Part shown: piece by piece, positions 47,181 to 57,328 of the stretch | Position numbering within the stretch: position 1 is the first letter of the stretch | Layout of the letters: the number at the start of each line of letters is the position of its first letter | Virus record (IMG/VR): IMGVR_UViG_3300009285_005282 | Coordinates: 1-64,000 of that record | DNA: 64,000 nt | Reading direction: 5' to 3' (one strand) | Origin: a virus | Translations under genes and position numbers: made by a program | The notes under the pieces: generated by a model | Database searches by the model: none | What the model saw: the letters and a program-made list of their open reading frames with translations, nothing else | What the model was told of the DNA's origin: nothing

Positions 47181-48167
47181 ATGGCCTGGCACGATAACGT
47201 CAATCTTGGCGCGTATTCGAGCGGTAACGACCCGGTGTTTCAGCTCAAGGACTTTTTGAAAAACGTCCTGGGCTGGACGATACCCTGGTCGAACAACCAG
47301 ACGCTGACCAACTCCTGGACGAACGTTGACAACATTGCCTCCTCAGCGGATCTGAACGGGCAGTATCGAGGCTTTGTTGCCCGCTCGCCAGACGGGTTGC
47401 GCGCATACCTTGTCGTCCGTGGGTCGCAAAGTTACTCCTGGAAGTGCTTGTTCAACCGGGATGAAACTGGAAACCCGCTGACGTCCGTGGGTGGCAACGA
47501 GCCTACCTCCGCCACCGCGAAAGGTGCAACGAACGGAACCGGGACCGCAGCAGCGAATGTGTTCCCCACCAGTGGTTCCTGGTATACGCACATCACGGGG
47601 TCTGACGCCGAGGACCCTGCCGGGGTCGGGGTTTATCCATTTTGGGCGGTGTCTCGCGTGGTCGGGACCGGCGTGGCGGCACACGCTTTTATCTACGACT
47701 CGCTGATGGACGGCACTCGGTCGGCTGCGGATCAGTCCCCGGAGTTTATGCTGTTCACGGGGTTGGAGCTGTTCGCGACATACGGCGCGTATCTCGCTTA
47801 TGGTGCGTACGCCACCGCTCCTCTCGTTGGATGGATGCTGTATAACCAGACCGGAGCCGAGTGGGGGACGCTTTACTCTAGGGGTCTCGTAGACATTTAT
47901 TATACAACGGAAGGAGCACCAATTTCAGAACCGGATAATCCCATGGACGTGGCTGCTGGGATACCGATCTGCGATCTGAATCTGTTCAAGGTTGTTCGGA
48001 GGTCCGGTGTGGCTGTTGGTCCCAAAGGATACGCCTCCAACATACGGTGGAACCCAACTAGAGCACGAGGGTTCCCCTACGTTTACACAGTTGGAGCTGA
48101 CAGTTGGCTACTGGTCGATGATCTTGTGCTGAAGCACTGGCCCACCGGGGTGGTGCCGGCTCTGTAG
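47181..48167 (+). CDS. Virion structural protein (tail-associated)
   Basis: AGGAG RBS; aromatic- and Gly-rich; operon context. Confidence 0.65.
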   Translation: MAWHDNVNLGAYSSGNDPVFQLKDFLKNVLGWTIPWSNNQTLTNSWTNVDNIASSADLNGQYRGFVARSPDGLRAYLVVRGSQSYSWKCLFNRDETGNPLTSVGGNEPTSATAKGATNGTGTAAANVFPTSGSWYTHITGSDAEDPAGVGVYPFWAVSRVVGTGVAAHAFIYDSLMDGTRSAADQSPEFMLFTGLELFATYGAYLAYGAYATAPLVGWMLYNQTGAEWGTLYSRGLVDIYYTTEGAPISEPDNPMDVAAGIPICDLNLFKVVRRSGVAVGPKGYASNIRWNPTRARGFPYVYTVGADSWLLVDDLVLKHWPTGVVPAL

Positions 48168-48176
48168 GAGTGTTCG

Positions 48177-48443
48177 ATGCCGACCTACGCAGCTCGAACG
48201 AACCCAACGACGCTGAACGACCGAGCAGTGCCCGTTGGTACCGCACCGGCGCGCGGTGGACCCTCCTCTGGTGGAGGCGCGCCCACCGTGTACTATCGGA
48301 ACCAGGCTTGGGACGACGTGAAGGTAGGGTACGTTCCTTGGGTCACCGTCGGTGGCTACGACCTCACCGGTGCAAGCTACCCGGGTCCTGGCGCTTGGGG
48401 GGTCAACACCAGTTTTTACATGGGTAGGGGGTTTTACAGCTAA
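48177..48443 (+). CDS. Small virion protein
   Basis: AGGAG RBS; TAATG overlap with the next gene. Confidence 0.65.
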   Translation: MPTYAARTNPTTLNDRAVPVGTAPARGGPSSGGGAPTVYYRNQAWDDVKVGYVPWVTVGGYDLTGASYPGPGAWGVNTSFYMGRGFYS

Positions 48444-51400
48444 TGGCTGTGTACGGGACATTCATGTACGGGGGGGCGCTGTACGGCACCACCCCGCTGC
48501 CCTACTCTGGCGTCTGGGACATCTTTGACTTCTGCGAGCCTACCGACGCCGCCATGCTGCTCCTGCTCGGCTACTCCGGCGTTCGCCCGGCCAGGTTTGG
48601 CGGGGTCTACTCGTGGTTCAACGGTGCGAACGACTACGTCATGGCCAGCGCCGACGGGGCCGACTCCGGCCTGCGCGTGGACGTGCCCGTTCCATCCGGA
48701 ACCTTCAGTTTGCAGTTCACCATCCTGCCCACCGACCTGCCGGACGACTTCGCGGACGTGGAGCACGCCCGGGTGCAGGTCGGGGTGTTCAACGCGCAAG
48801 GATCGTGTTGTGTACTGTTTCTGTCCGAGCACGGCGGGATCGCCATCTCGGACGGTACGGGCTCCCCAACCGTACTTACGGATTCAGCAGACATTTTCTC
48901 GGCGGGCACCGACTACTACACCTTTCGCCTGACCGTCAACGAGCTGACCGACGTTGTGCACCTTTACGTCACCCGCAAGGACGTGTTGGCCGCAACCGGT
49001 GTTTCGGAGCTGCGCTACACCTTCGCGCCGTTTCCTACACCGGCAGCCGAGGTGGACAACGTCCGCATCGAAATATTGGGGTCGGTCGCCGACCCGGTTG
49101 AGATCGGGCTGGACTGTCTCAAGCTCTCTTCGTCGGAGGTCATCACCGACCGGTGCCCGGTTGCGGTTATCGCCGCTGACCGGGCACACCCCCTCACGCG
49201 CTACGCCTGGTTTGACGGGCGGGCAAGCTACGACCCCGACGTTCCTCCAGCGGAGCTGGTCTATTGCTGGACGGTGACGGACGCGCCGATGGCGTCGGCG
49301 CTCTGGACCACTGTGGAGGGGTCGTCTCCGGCTGATGCGAGCGGCTACACGAACATTCTGACCGGAGCGGTGGACGCGTTCTCCGAAGTGTCCGAGGGGG
49401 ACCTGCTTTTTGGAGAGCTTGGCGGTTCCACCGTGATGCGCGTCGCCACCGACGGAAGCTGGCTGGCGCTGGAGAACGACGTGCTCGCCGCGAGTACTAC
49501 CGCCTCCTGGAAGATGCTTCGTCAAGCCCTTTGGGGTGGTGAGCGCTTGACCGGTACGGTCATGACCGACGTGCTGGCGCGTTTGGACGTGCCGCCCGGC
49601 GGACCCGTCTTGGGGGACACCTACCTGGTCGTCGCCACCGCGGTTGGGGTCTGGGTGGGTCATGAAGGTGAGCTCGCCACCTGGGACGGACTGGCGTGGA
49701 CCTTTGCCGCCCCCGCTGCCCGTCAGATGGTGTTCGTGCTGGCTGAGTTGGAGGCGTACCGCACCACCGGTCCGGCGCCTGCCTATTGGTATCCCGACGA
49801 CCCGGAGCCGTGGGAGCTCGACTGTTGGGAGGGACGTACCACAGCGGTGGGCGTAGCATTGGGGGATACGGTCGGGCTTTACACCGTCCAGCTGGTGGTC
49901 AACGACGGGTTCTACAACAGCACACCGGCCTACGCGCTGCTCAACCTGTATGAGAACACCGTTCCCCTCGGGCTCGTACCCGATCTGAGCTTCATTTGGA
50001 ACTACCTGTCGGACTTTTGGGGTCTGGTAGAGGGCAAGGAGTTCGCCGAGACCTTCTGGTCGGCGGCAGCGCAACTGCTGACCGACGAGCTCATGCGCCT
50101 GTGGCAGGATGACTACGCCAAGAGCTTGGTGGACATCCAGCGTAGCTTTCAACGGAGGTGGCTGGACTACCCATTGCGGTACGAAGAGCCCAGCTACGTC
50201 GACCTGCCCGCTACTATTACGACTGGGTACGCCGCGTCGGGGTACGCCGCGACTCCGGTGCCGGTATCGGTGCCCGGCGATCTGCCCGTAGACGCCCCAC
50301 GGGTTTACGTCATGGACCCCGGCACGCTGCCTGCTGGGTCCGTATCTGGGCTTTTGTTGGTGCTGGACGGAATTGGCTACCGTATCAGCCAGGCGGCTAC
50401 CGACCAGGTCATAGTCCAGGACGCCCTTCCCACTACCCCCTCCAGCGCGTGGCTCATTGACGCGGCGGTGACCTCGCGTTCGTCAGACTTCGGGTTGCTG
50501 GGAGTGACCGCGGGGGACACAGCGGTGTTCGAGGTGCAGCTCGCCACCGGGGAGACCGTGGAGGTTGGCTGCCACGTTTGGGGCGTTCACGGGACGCAGT
50601 TGTCGTTCGACGCTACGGGGTTAGCCGCCTACTTGGCGGACGACAGCTACCAGGTCCTGTTCAAAGGGGTGCTGCGCCGTTCGGTCATCCCGCTCGACGA
50701 CCTGGTGCTGGACCTGCCGCGGCTGCAAGAGGTCATCAACTACCGAGCGGTGTCGGGTGCTCCCGCACCCCTGGAGTCCGGTCACGACTTTCGGCTCGAA
50801 CCCTTCACGACGTTTGATGGGGTGGAGGTCAACAGCGTCCAGCTCCTCAACAGCTACTTCATTGAGCAGGCGCGGGGCTGGACGGGGTACACGGACGCGT
50901 TCAACCACGAGTTCCTCTATGACACCGCGGTCGACTTCGAGGTGCTGTTTGGTGTGGGCGCGGACCTTACCGGCTACGTGCTGGAGCTGGATGGGGTTCG
51001 TTATCGTCTGCGGCAAGTTGTAGGCGCAAACCAGATCGAGCTCTACTCTTCCGCGCTGGCGTTGTCCCAAACCGGGCTGGCGTGGCACATGAGGTCGGTA
51101 GAGGTGGTCCCCGACCAGCTGTGGGCGGAGGTCACCTACCTGGACAACGGCGACAAGATCGAAGCGTTTGGGCGTCTGGCCGGGTTCACGCTGGATGACT
51201 GGCGGAGCCGGACGGACGAGCTGGACTATCGTTCCGCAGTCCAGGGGCTCTGGTACTACTTGTGGCATGGACGGACGCTGGAGAACACCCGCAGCGCCAG
51301 CCAGGTCATCCTGGGCCTGCCATTTGCCGAGGTGGCGGGGGTGGTTGCTGACGTCAAGAGCCCGTTCGACTCCACGCGTTCTCGGGTGTTGGTGCAAGAC

Positions 51401-52981
51401 CGCGACAACCTCACCACCTACCGAACCTACTACTACCCCACGGCGGTCGGGCTCGCCATCAACCCGGAGACTGACGCCCCGTACACGCTCGGGGACGCTG
51501 TGGAGCAGTTCGCGGCCCTTTCCGGTGGGGTGGTGGTCACTGACTACGTGGAGGACCCGACGTGGATCGCGCCCTACGTGGGTTCCGGCGACCTGCACGA
51601 GCCACAGAAGGTGCATACCTGGGGGGTGTTGGTCGACTCCGCGGTCTTCTCGCTGGTCAACCTGCTGTTCCTTATCGACTACCTGCGCCGGTACAAGCCG
51701 CAGCACACCGACCCGTTCTTCGCGGTCATCAAGTCACTGCACGACGACATCGACGTCGGTGACCCGTGCATGGTCGGTCCGGTGGTCCCCTTCGGGTACA
51801 CCTACCCGGACACTTGGGAGCCCTACAACTACCCGGTGGATTGGGCCAGTTCGCCACATGAGGTGCCCCGTGCACCGGTAACTTTCCACTCGCCGGTCAC
51901 GGTTCCTCCGGTGCCTTTGGTGTCCGACACCTACGGCGGACTGCGCCTTGCGGACGTGCCTGGGCGCGTTCCGGATGGTTCGACCTGGGTTCGTCTGGAC
52001 GGGACCACCCACTCCCCGACCCGTGCGGATGGTACCTTTGCGCTCAATGACATCGACGGTAGTGGGCACACAACACACATCGTTGGGGACTCGCTACTCG
52101 CGGTGAACGAGTTGTCCGACGGCGACATGGAGAACGGGATCAACCCCGGCGCTCTCCTCAGCCCGTGGCAGATGGTCGACGTCGGGGGGATGGGTCTGCC
52201 GATCGCCGCGGTAAAGTCGGCGTTGCAGAACCACACCCCTGGGGGTGCCGACAGCATGTACGTCATCTCCACCGGGACGCACACCGGGGTGGAGCAGGAA
52301 ATCGCCGTCGGGGACGAGGGGTGGCAGATCGGCGTCCGGCTGTGGGTGTATCTGGTAAGCGGGCAAGTGTACGTGCGGCTGTTGGACCAAGACGCCGGGC
52401 AGACGGTACTGGCCGAGTGGCGTCACGCGGTACTTCCCAACCAGTGGGTGCAGGTCACCCTGCACGCGTGGGAGCTCTCCGCGGCAGCTGGTAACGTTCC
52501 CACCCTGCAGATCCTTACTGGACCGGGCGGCGGGGAGTTCTACGTAGATGACGCGGCGGTGTACCACAAGCAGATGCCTTGGTCGCAGTGGGGGCTGAAC
52601 CGCTCTGTGGTTGGGCGTACCGGGGGCTACACCTTGGGCGGGCTGCCCGACGACGTACCTGAGATCACCGTGGCGGTACCCGTGGTTGGCGTGCCCACGC
52701 TCAACTCGGGGTTCGTGCTCAACGCTGCCAACTCTCCAGACGTCCAGCGACTGGCAGGTCCGGCCCCGGGACCCTTACCCCCGGCGGACTGGACCGTGCC
52801 GGGGGTGTCCACTACCCCCTGGTACGGCCCCTATGGCCTCCCGGTGGACGAGTGGAAAGCGGCAACCGGCTACGGCGTTCCTTACGGTGCTGCGCCGGAG
52901 CCGACATCGAGCTGGTTGGTAGGTGTGCCTTTGCCTGCTGGGTGGTACACTCGCATCGTGGGTCGGAGAACGCTGCAATGA
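48443..52981 (+). CDS. Large baseplate/tail protein with PKD-like, DUF2793-like and carbohydrate-binding-like modules
   Basis: FDGRASYDPD..Y.W...GLYTVQLVVNDG; PPGGPVLGDTYLV..A.G.W.GHEG..A.W; NELSDGDME...FYVDDA. Confidence 0.7.
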   Translation: MAVYGTFMYGGALYGTTPLPYSGVWDIFDFCEPTDAAMLLLLGYSGVRPARFGGVYSWFNGANDYVMASADGADSGLRVDVPVPSGTFSLQFTILPTDLPDDFADVEHARVQVGVFNAQGSCCVLFLSEHGGIAISDGTGSPTVLTDSADIFSAGTDYYTFRLTVNELTDVVHLYVTRKDVLAATGVSELRYTFAPFPTPAAEVDNVRIEILGSVADPVEIGLDCLKLSSSEVITDRCPVAVIAADRAHPLTRYAWFDGRASYDPDVPPAELVYCWTVTDAPMASALWTTVEGSSPADASGYTNILTGAVDAFSEVSEGDLLFGELGGSTVMRVATDGSWLALENDVLAASTTASWKMLRQALWGGERLTGTVMTDVLARLDVPPGGPVLGDTYLVVATAVGVWVGHEGELATWDGLAWTFAAPAARQMVFVLAELEAYRTTGPAPAYWYPDDPEPWELDCWEGRTTAVGVALGDTVGLYTVQLVVNDGFYNSTPAYALLNLYENTVPLGLVPDLSFIWNYLSDFWGLVEGKEFAETFWSAAAQLLTDELMRLWQDDYAKSLVDIQRSFQRRWLDYPLRYEEPSYVDLPATITTGYAASGYAATPVPVSVPGDLPVDAPRVYVMDPGTLPAGSVSGLLLVLDGIGYRISQAATDQVIVQDALPTTPSSAWLIDAAVTSRSSDFGLLGVTAGDTAVFEVQLATGETVEVGCHVWGVHGTQLSFDATGLAAYLADDSYQVLFKGVLRRSVIPLDDLVLDLPRLQEVINYRAVSGAPAPLESGHDFRLEPFTTFDGVEVNSVQLLNSYFIEQARGWTGYTDAFNHEFLYDTAVDFEVLFGVGADLTGYVLELDGVRYRLRQVVGANQIELYSSALALSQTGLAWHMRSVEVVPDQLWAEVTYLDNGDKIEAFGRLAGFTLDDWRSRTDELDYRSAVQGLWYYLWHGRTLENTRSASQVILGLPFAEVAGVVADVKSPFDSTRSRVLVQDRDNLTTYRTYYYPTAVGLAINPETDAPYTLGDAVEQFAALSGGVVVTDYVEDPTWIAPYVGSGDLHEPQKVHTWGVLVDSAVFSLVNLLFLIDYLRRYKPQHTDPFFAVIKSLHDDIDVGDPCMVGPVVPFGYTYPDTWEPYNYPVDWASSPHEVPRAPVTFHSPVTVPPVPLVSDTYGGLRLADVPGRVPDGSTWVRLDGTTHSPTRADGTFALNDIDGSGHTTHIVGDSLLAVNELSDGDMENGINPGALLSPWQMVDVGGMGLPIAAVKSALQNHTPGGADSMYVISTGTHTGVEQEIAVGDEGWQIGVRLWVYLVSGQVYVRLLDQDAGQTVLAEWRHAVLPNQWVQVTLHAWELSAAAGNVPTLQILTGPGGGEFYVDDAAVYHKQMPWSQWGLNRSVVGRTGGYTLGGLPDDVPEITVAVPVVGVPTLNSGFVLNAANSPDVQRLAGPAPGPLPPADWTVPGVSTTPWYGPYGLPVDEWKAATGYGVPYGAAPEPTSSWLVGVPLPAGWYTRIVGRRTLQ

Positions 52982-53700
52982 GGTTCAAGGACACGGTACA
53001 CGTCAACCCCTCGCTGCCCCCCGGTAAGCCGCGGCTGCTGCCGGAAGGGCCGTTTGGGGAATCCAACGTTCGCATCCGCCTCATCGACCCCAGCACGGGG
53101 AGGGTGGTAGAGGAGCGGAACGGTCACAACATCTTCGTCAACTACGGACGGGACTGGATCGCGCACCTGGTTGGCTACGACGTTGGGCACACCACGTTTC
53201 GGGATGACCGGCTGCGCTACATGGCGTTTGGCATTGGTGGTACCCGTCAACGTGTGCCGTCAGCGACCATTCGCGCTGCGCACGCTGAGTGGGCGGGCTT
53301 TGCCGACGACTGGGCCATCCCGCCGCCCGGTGTTGGGACGGCAGACGCGGTGCAGACCGACGAGGACCCCACGGTAACCGCGCTGGAGTGGCCGGTGGAG
53401 TGCATCGCCGGCAGCTACTACGATCCCATCTCGACCCCTGCGACCTTCCCGACCACCGGGGTCATTCGGTTCACTTCGGTGCTGGGAATCAACGAGGTGA
53501 GCTTCGGGGCGTTCGCCAGCGTCCCTATTTCGGAGATCGGTCTCTTCACCTCGGGCATCGTGGGGGCGCTGGGGACCCCCCCGGTGGTGCATGGTGCACT
53601 GCCGAGTGAGAAGTTCATGGTGGCGTACCACACATTCGACGAGCTCTCCAAGACCGCCGCGTTCGTGATGCAGGCGGATTGGGAGTTGAGGTTCTCGTAG
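52978..53700 (+). CDS. Baseplate/tail-fibre attachment protein
   Basis: HNIFVNYGR..IAHL, YMAFGIGG, ISEIGLF, AYHTFD.LSKT..F...WELRF. Confidence 0.7.
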   Translation: MRFKDTVHVNPSLPPGKPRLLPEGPFGESNVRIRLIDPSTGRVVEERNGHNIFVNYGRDWIAHLVGYDVGHTTFRDDRLRYMAFGIGGTRQRVPSATIRAAHAEWAGFADDWAIPPPGVGTADAVQTDEDPTVTALEWPVECIAGSYYDPISTPATFPTTGVIRFTSVLGINEVSFGAFASVPISEIGLFTSGIVGALGTPPVVHGALPSEKFMVAYHTFDELSKTAAFVMQADWELRFS

Positions 53701-53709
53701 GAGAAAACG

Positions 53710-55929
53710 ATGAGTTACGTTCCAGCAGCAACGTTGAAGGGCGCGTGCAACGCGCTTGTGGCGGATACCCCCGGTGGTGGAGTCGGCTCCCGTTTCATGG
53801 CCTTTGGGGAGCAGGCGGACGACGACCGGTTCAACCGGGGGGTCTACGCCATCGCGCTCAACTGTGACCTGCTTTACGGGACACGTGGATGGGACGCGGT
53901 GGTTGGACCTGCTGGGGATACCGACTGTGACTACGCCGGGGACGACGCCCTGAGCACCGCCCTAGCCGCGTTAGGGGACAACTGCCGCATTTTCATCAAG
54001 AGTGGGCTCTACACCCCATCTGGGGCGATAGACATCACCCAGAACCAGGTGACCATCGTTGGGGATGCCGGGGACCCGTCGGGTGTCGGAGGTGTCCGCT
54101 TCGACTGCACCGCGGGCAACCTGACCTTCTCAGGGACCCGTATCGCGGCTCAGAACTTCTACGTTGACCTTGGTGGCAGCAGCTTTGAATGGTCAGGGGC
54201 GGACGGTGTCGGACAGCGGGTGACCCTGACCGGCGGCGCAGCGGTCATAGCGTCTGGGGCGCGGGTGTTGCTCGCCGACTTTTCTGTGACCGGCGCTGTG
54301 GCAATCACCGGGACCGGCGTTGCCTGGGGGCGGTCGGAGGTAGTCGGTGACGTCGTCGTAGCCGCACAGCAAAGTGCTTTGTGTGAAATGACCATTACGG
54401 GCAGTATTCAGCTTAGCGCCTGTAGCTCCGTGCAGCTGTCCCGACTGACGGTTACCTCCTCCGCCAATGTTCCAGCGTTACTGCTGAACGGCTCCAACGT
54501 AAGGGTGTGCATCGACGCCTGTCACTTCGTCGGGAGTGGAGCGAGCCCCGCAAACCCGGGCGATGGCGCCGCGTTATCAGTGACTGGTGACAACGAAGTG
54601 GCCTTCCGTAGCTGCCACTTTGAGAGTACGCACTGCGGTATTTGGGCTCCAACGGGTAGTCTGGGACGGTTGCAATTCGCTAACTGCCTCGTGGTGCAAA
54701 CAGCAGGATTGCTGCTTGCAGCACAGCAGGAGTTTGTGCACTTCAACCTGGACGGCGGTGGGGACGGCGTGCTCTTGAGCAACTTCCAGATCGCGGCACA
54801 GGGGGATTGGGTGGTGGGGGCGGGCCTCTCCTGGGTGAACTTTGCCACCAACGTTCACGGGGACAACGTGGTGCTGGACTTCTCTGGCAATTCGGCGCCG
54901 ACTCCCGACGACGCGGCGTTGGTGGTGGTCGGGGACAACGCGCTGTTGGTGGGCGAAGACTGCCCGGTGGAGCTCCATCGGGTGCTGGTCCGTCCGCACA
55001 TCGCCATGGCGGGTACCGGGGGAGCGTTGGGGCTCGTCGAGGTTGGCGGGGTGGCTGTTATTGACGGGCTTCGTGTCGTCGGCATCGGCGGAACGTGGCT
55101 GCACCCGGTGTTGTACTTGGAGGGGCTGGCACCCTACCGTGCGGTGGTTCGTAAGGTCACTGTCGACGCCGCCAACTGGGTCGGGTGCGGTTATGGCAAC
55201 CCTCCCACGGCGGACACAGCGGTTCTGGCCACGGCAGCCCACCACGCAGAGTTGGCCGGTGTCGTACTCACCGACCCCGGACTGGTGGGTGGTGGAGCCA
55301 ACAGCTACAACGCGCTCATTTTGGTCGGCTCAGCGGGTTTTGAGGACGTGGTCATACGCGATTGCCGCATTGTGCTCAACACCGCGAATCGTTTCTTGCG
55401 CGTTATCTCAACACCGATCGGCGCTCCAATCGACGGTTACGATCTGAGGATTCTGGACAACGACATCTATCTCGGAAGCCACCCTTCCGGGGTTGCGCAG
55501 TCGGTGGTGTACATTCTCGGCAAGACCGTACTTGCAATCGTTACGCCTTTTGGCGGGGTCAAGTACGGAGTTATTCGCGGGAATCACTTCAAAGTCAACA
55601 AGATCGGCACTTTTGGCGGTTCGATGGAGATATGTGTGGTGCTGGACACGTTCACCTACCTCTGGGACGTTTGCGGCAACACGTTTGAGGCAGAGCTGGA
55701 TGACAGTTCTGGCGCGTATCACCTCGCACGTTTTGCCGAGACCGACAGCGTTGGTGGTACGCAGCCCGGCGGTGGCGTGACCTTTTCTGGTAACCGCCTA
55801 ATAAATTTAGCGACGGGGCACCTCCCGGGGCCAGGACATCTCCCGAGCATTGTGTTTGGTGGTGCGGTGACCGGACCTGCCGGGTGGGACCCAGCGCTTG
55901 GTGACTACGCTCAAGCGTACTTTGTGTAG
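53710..55929 (+). CDS. Tail spike / parallel beta-helix receptor-binding protein
   Basis: ALAAL....IFIKSGLY cap followed by repeated I.DC.F / I.GN.F beta-helix rungs. Confidence 0.75.
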   Translation: MSYVPAATLKGACNALVADTPGGGVGSRFMAFGEQADDDRFNRGVYAIALNCDLLYGTRGWDAVVGPAGDTDCDYAGDDALSTALAALGDNCRIFIKSGLYTPSGAIDITQNQVTIVGDAGDPSGVGGVRFDCTAGNLTFSGTRIAAQNFYVDLGGSSFEWSGADGVGQRVTLTGGAAVIASGARVLLADFSVTGAVAITGTGVAWGRSEVVGDVVVAAQQSALCEMTITGSIQLSACSSVQLSRLTVTSSANVPALLLNGSNVRVCIDACHFVGSGASPANPGDGAALSVTGDNEVAFRSCHFESTHCGIWAPTGSLGRLQFANCLVVQTAGLLLAAQQEFVHFNLDGGGDGVLLSNFQIAAQGDWVVGAGLSWVNFATNVHGDNVVLDFSGNSAPTPDDAALVVVGDNALLVGEDCPVELHRVLVRPHIAMAGTGGALGLVEVGGVAVIDGLRVVGIGGTWLHPVLYLEGLAPYRAVVRKVTVDAANWVGCGYGNPPTADTAVLATAAHHAELAGVVLTDPGLVGGGANSYNALILVGSAGFEDVVIRDCRIVLNTANRFLRVISTPIGAPIDGYDLRILDNDIYLGSHPSGVAQSVVYILGKTVLAIVTPFGGVKYGVIRGNHFKVNKIGTFGGSMEICVVLDTFTYLWDVCGNTFEAELDDSSGAYHLARFAETDSVGGTQPGGGVTFSGNRLINLATGHLPGPGHLPSIVFGGAVTGPAGWDPALGDYAQAYFV

Positions 55930-55939
55930 GAGGAGAGCG

Positions 55940-56332
55940 ATGAACGAACTTGGAGCGGTGTTTACAGCCTGGCCGATCATCCTGATTGGCGTAGCGGTCT
56001 ACCTGTGCATGTACCTGTTCCTGTGGTGCGGCGCGTGGCTGTGGGCGCGGGACAAGCTATGGCTCCGCAAGATGCTCAAGACGCTCAACGTCATCGCGCC
56101 GTGGCTGCCCTGGCTGTTTGGTGGTCTGTTGGGTGCGCTACCGTTCTGGCCGCGGCCGGAGCTGGTAATGCTGCTGCCAACCCAGTACCAGGGTTGGGGC
56201 ATGGTCCTGCTGGGAGTCTTCTCCGGTGCGCTGTATGAGCGCATCTGGAAGGGGTTTCGGCAGCATCTGGACGCGCAGGGCATTGACCTGGACATTGACC
56301 TGCCGCCGAGCCGCCAGGGTAGTCGAAGGTAG
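55940..56332 (+). CDS. Membrane protein, putative holin
   Basis: Three hydrophobic segments; AGGAGG RBS. Confidence 0.6.
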   Translation: MNELGAVFTAWPIILIGVAVYLCMYLFLWCGAWLWARDKLWLRKMLKTLNVIAPWLPWLFGGLLGALPFWPRPELVMLLPTQYQGWGMVLLGVFSGALYERIWKGFRQHLDAQGIDLDIDLPPSRQGSRR

Positions 56333-56391
56333 CCGCCCGGTGGGGGAGTGAGCGCGGTGCGTGAGTAGCAGGCGCACCTAAGGAGGAAGTG

Positions 56392-56955
56392 ATGAGTGAA
56401 CTGGCCGAGAAGGTGCTGCTCGCGCGGCGCAGTGGTAACGGTGCTCCCGTGGAGCTTACACGGAGGCCGCCTTTCGACGACTATACCAACGACGATTGGG
56501 AGAGGCAGGAGTACGCGCGGCAGACCAGGGGTTTGGAGGCTCCTGCTGGAATGCGTCTTGGTACCTACGACGAATGGGAGGGTCCTGAAGGAGTCGGAAG
56601 TCAGTATTGGACCCCCCGCGGGACCGCCGTCAGTGTGCTACCGCTGGACCCGCACGAGCGGCGGGCGGAGTATCTGCGTGCCACACGCGGCCATCCGACG
56701 GCGCTTGGCGTCGCAATGGGTGTGGGTGGTGGGCTCGTGGGATCGGTCTTTGGCCCACGGGCGGCGGCGACTGGCGCGCTTATCGGGGCCGGAGTTGGGC
56801 TCGGCGGTGGCTACCTGGTGCGACATCGGGTAGGACGGGGTATCCACCAATGTGCGCTAGAGGAGCAAGCGCAACGCGAATCCACGCCATCGGTGAAGAC
56901 CGCGTGCTGGCGGGGGTTCACCACCGAGTTGCTACGGATGTCGAGGCCCGCGTGA
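56392..56955 (+). CDS. Glycine-zipper protein with C-terminal VKTA..GFTTELLRM motif
   Basis: GVGGGLVGSVFG...GALIGAGVGLGGG; AGGAGG RBS. Confidence 0.7.
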   Translation: MSELAEKVLLARRSGNGAPVELTRRPPFDDYTNDDWERQEYARQTRGLEAPAGMRLGTYDEWEGPEGVGSQYWTPRGTAVSVLPLDPHERRAEYLRATRGHPTALGVAMGVGGGLVGSVFGPRAAATGALIGAGVGLGGGYLVRHRVGRGIHQCALEEQAQRESTPSVKTACWRGFTTELLRMSRPA

Positions 56956-57278
56956 CCTGGTGGGGGCGCTGGAAGTCGTGGTGGGCGGCCAACTGGAAGT
57001 GGGTGGTGTTCCCTGTCGGGGTAGCCTCAGCTATCATAGGGGTCGTAGCGGCCGTACTCCGGCCGAGACCGGTGTCGAGACCACCTGAGCCGGAGAGGGT
57101 CCGGTCGGTGTTGGAGCAGCTCCGCACCGCCGACGCCGAACGGCGCAGCAAGGTTGAGGAGCTGGAACGGGAGCACGCTGAACAGTTGCGAACCATGTCT
57201 GAGGAACAGCTGGTGCAGTTGGAGCAGCTCCAGGATAAGTCATTGGAAGAGGTTGTTGAGTGGTTCAACAACCTGTAG
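56952..57278 (+). CDS. Membrane-anchored coiled-coil protein (spanin-like)
   Basis: N-terminal TM followed by a charged coiled coil; GTGA overlap. Confidence 0.55.
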   Translation: MTWWGRWKSWWAANWKWVVFPVGVASAIIGVVAAVLRPRPVSRPPEPERVRSVLEQLRTADAERRSKVEELEREHAEQLRTMSEEQLVQLEQLQDKSLEEVVEWFNNL

Positions 57279-57328
57279 CCCGCCGCCCAGTACGGGTGCG
57301 CGCTGGATCGAGATGAGAGGAGAGAACC

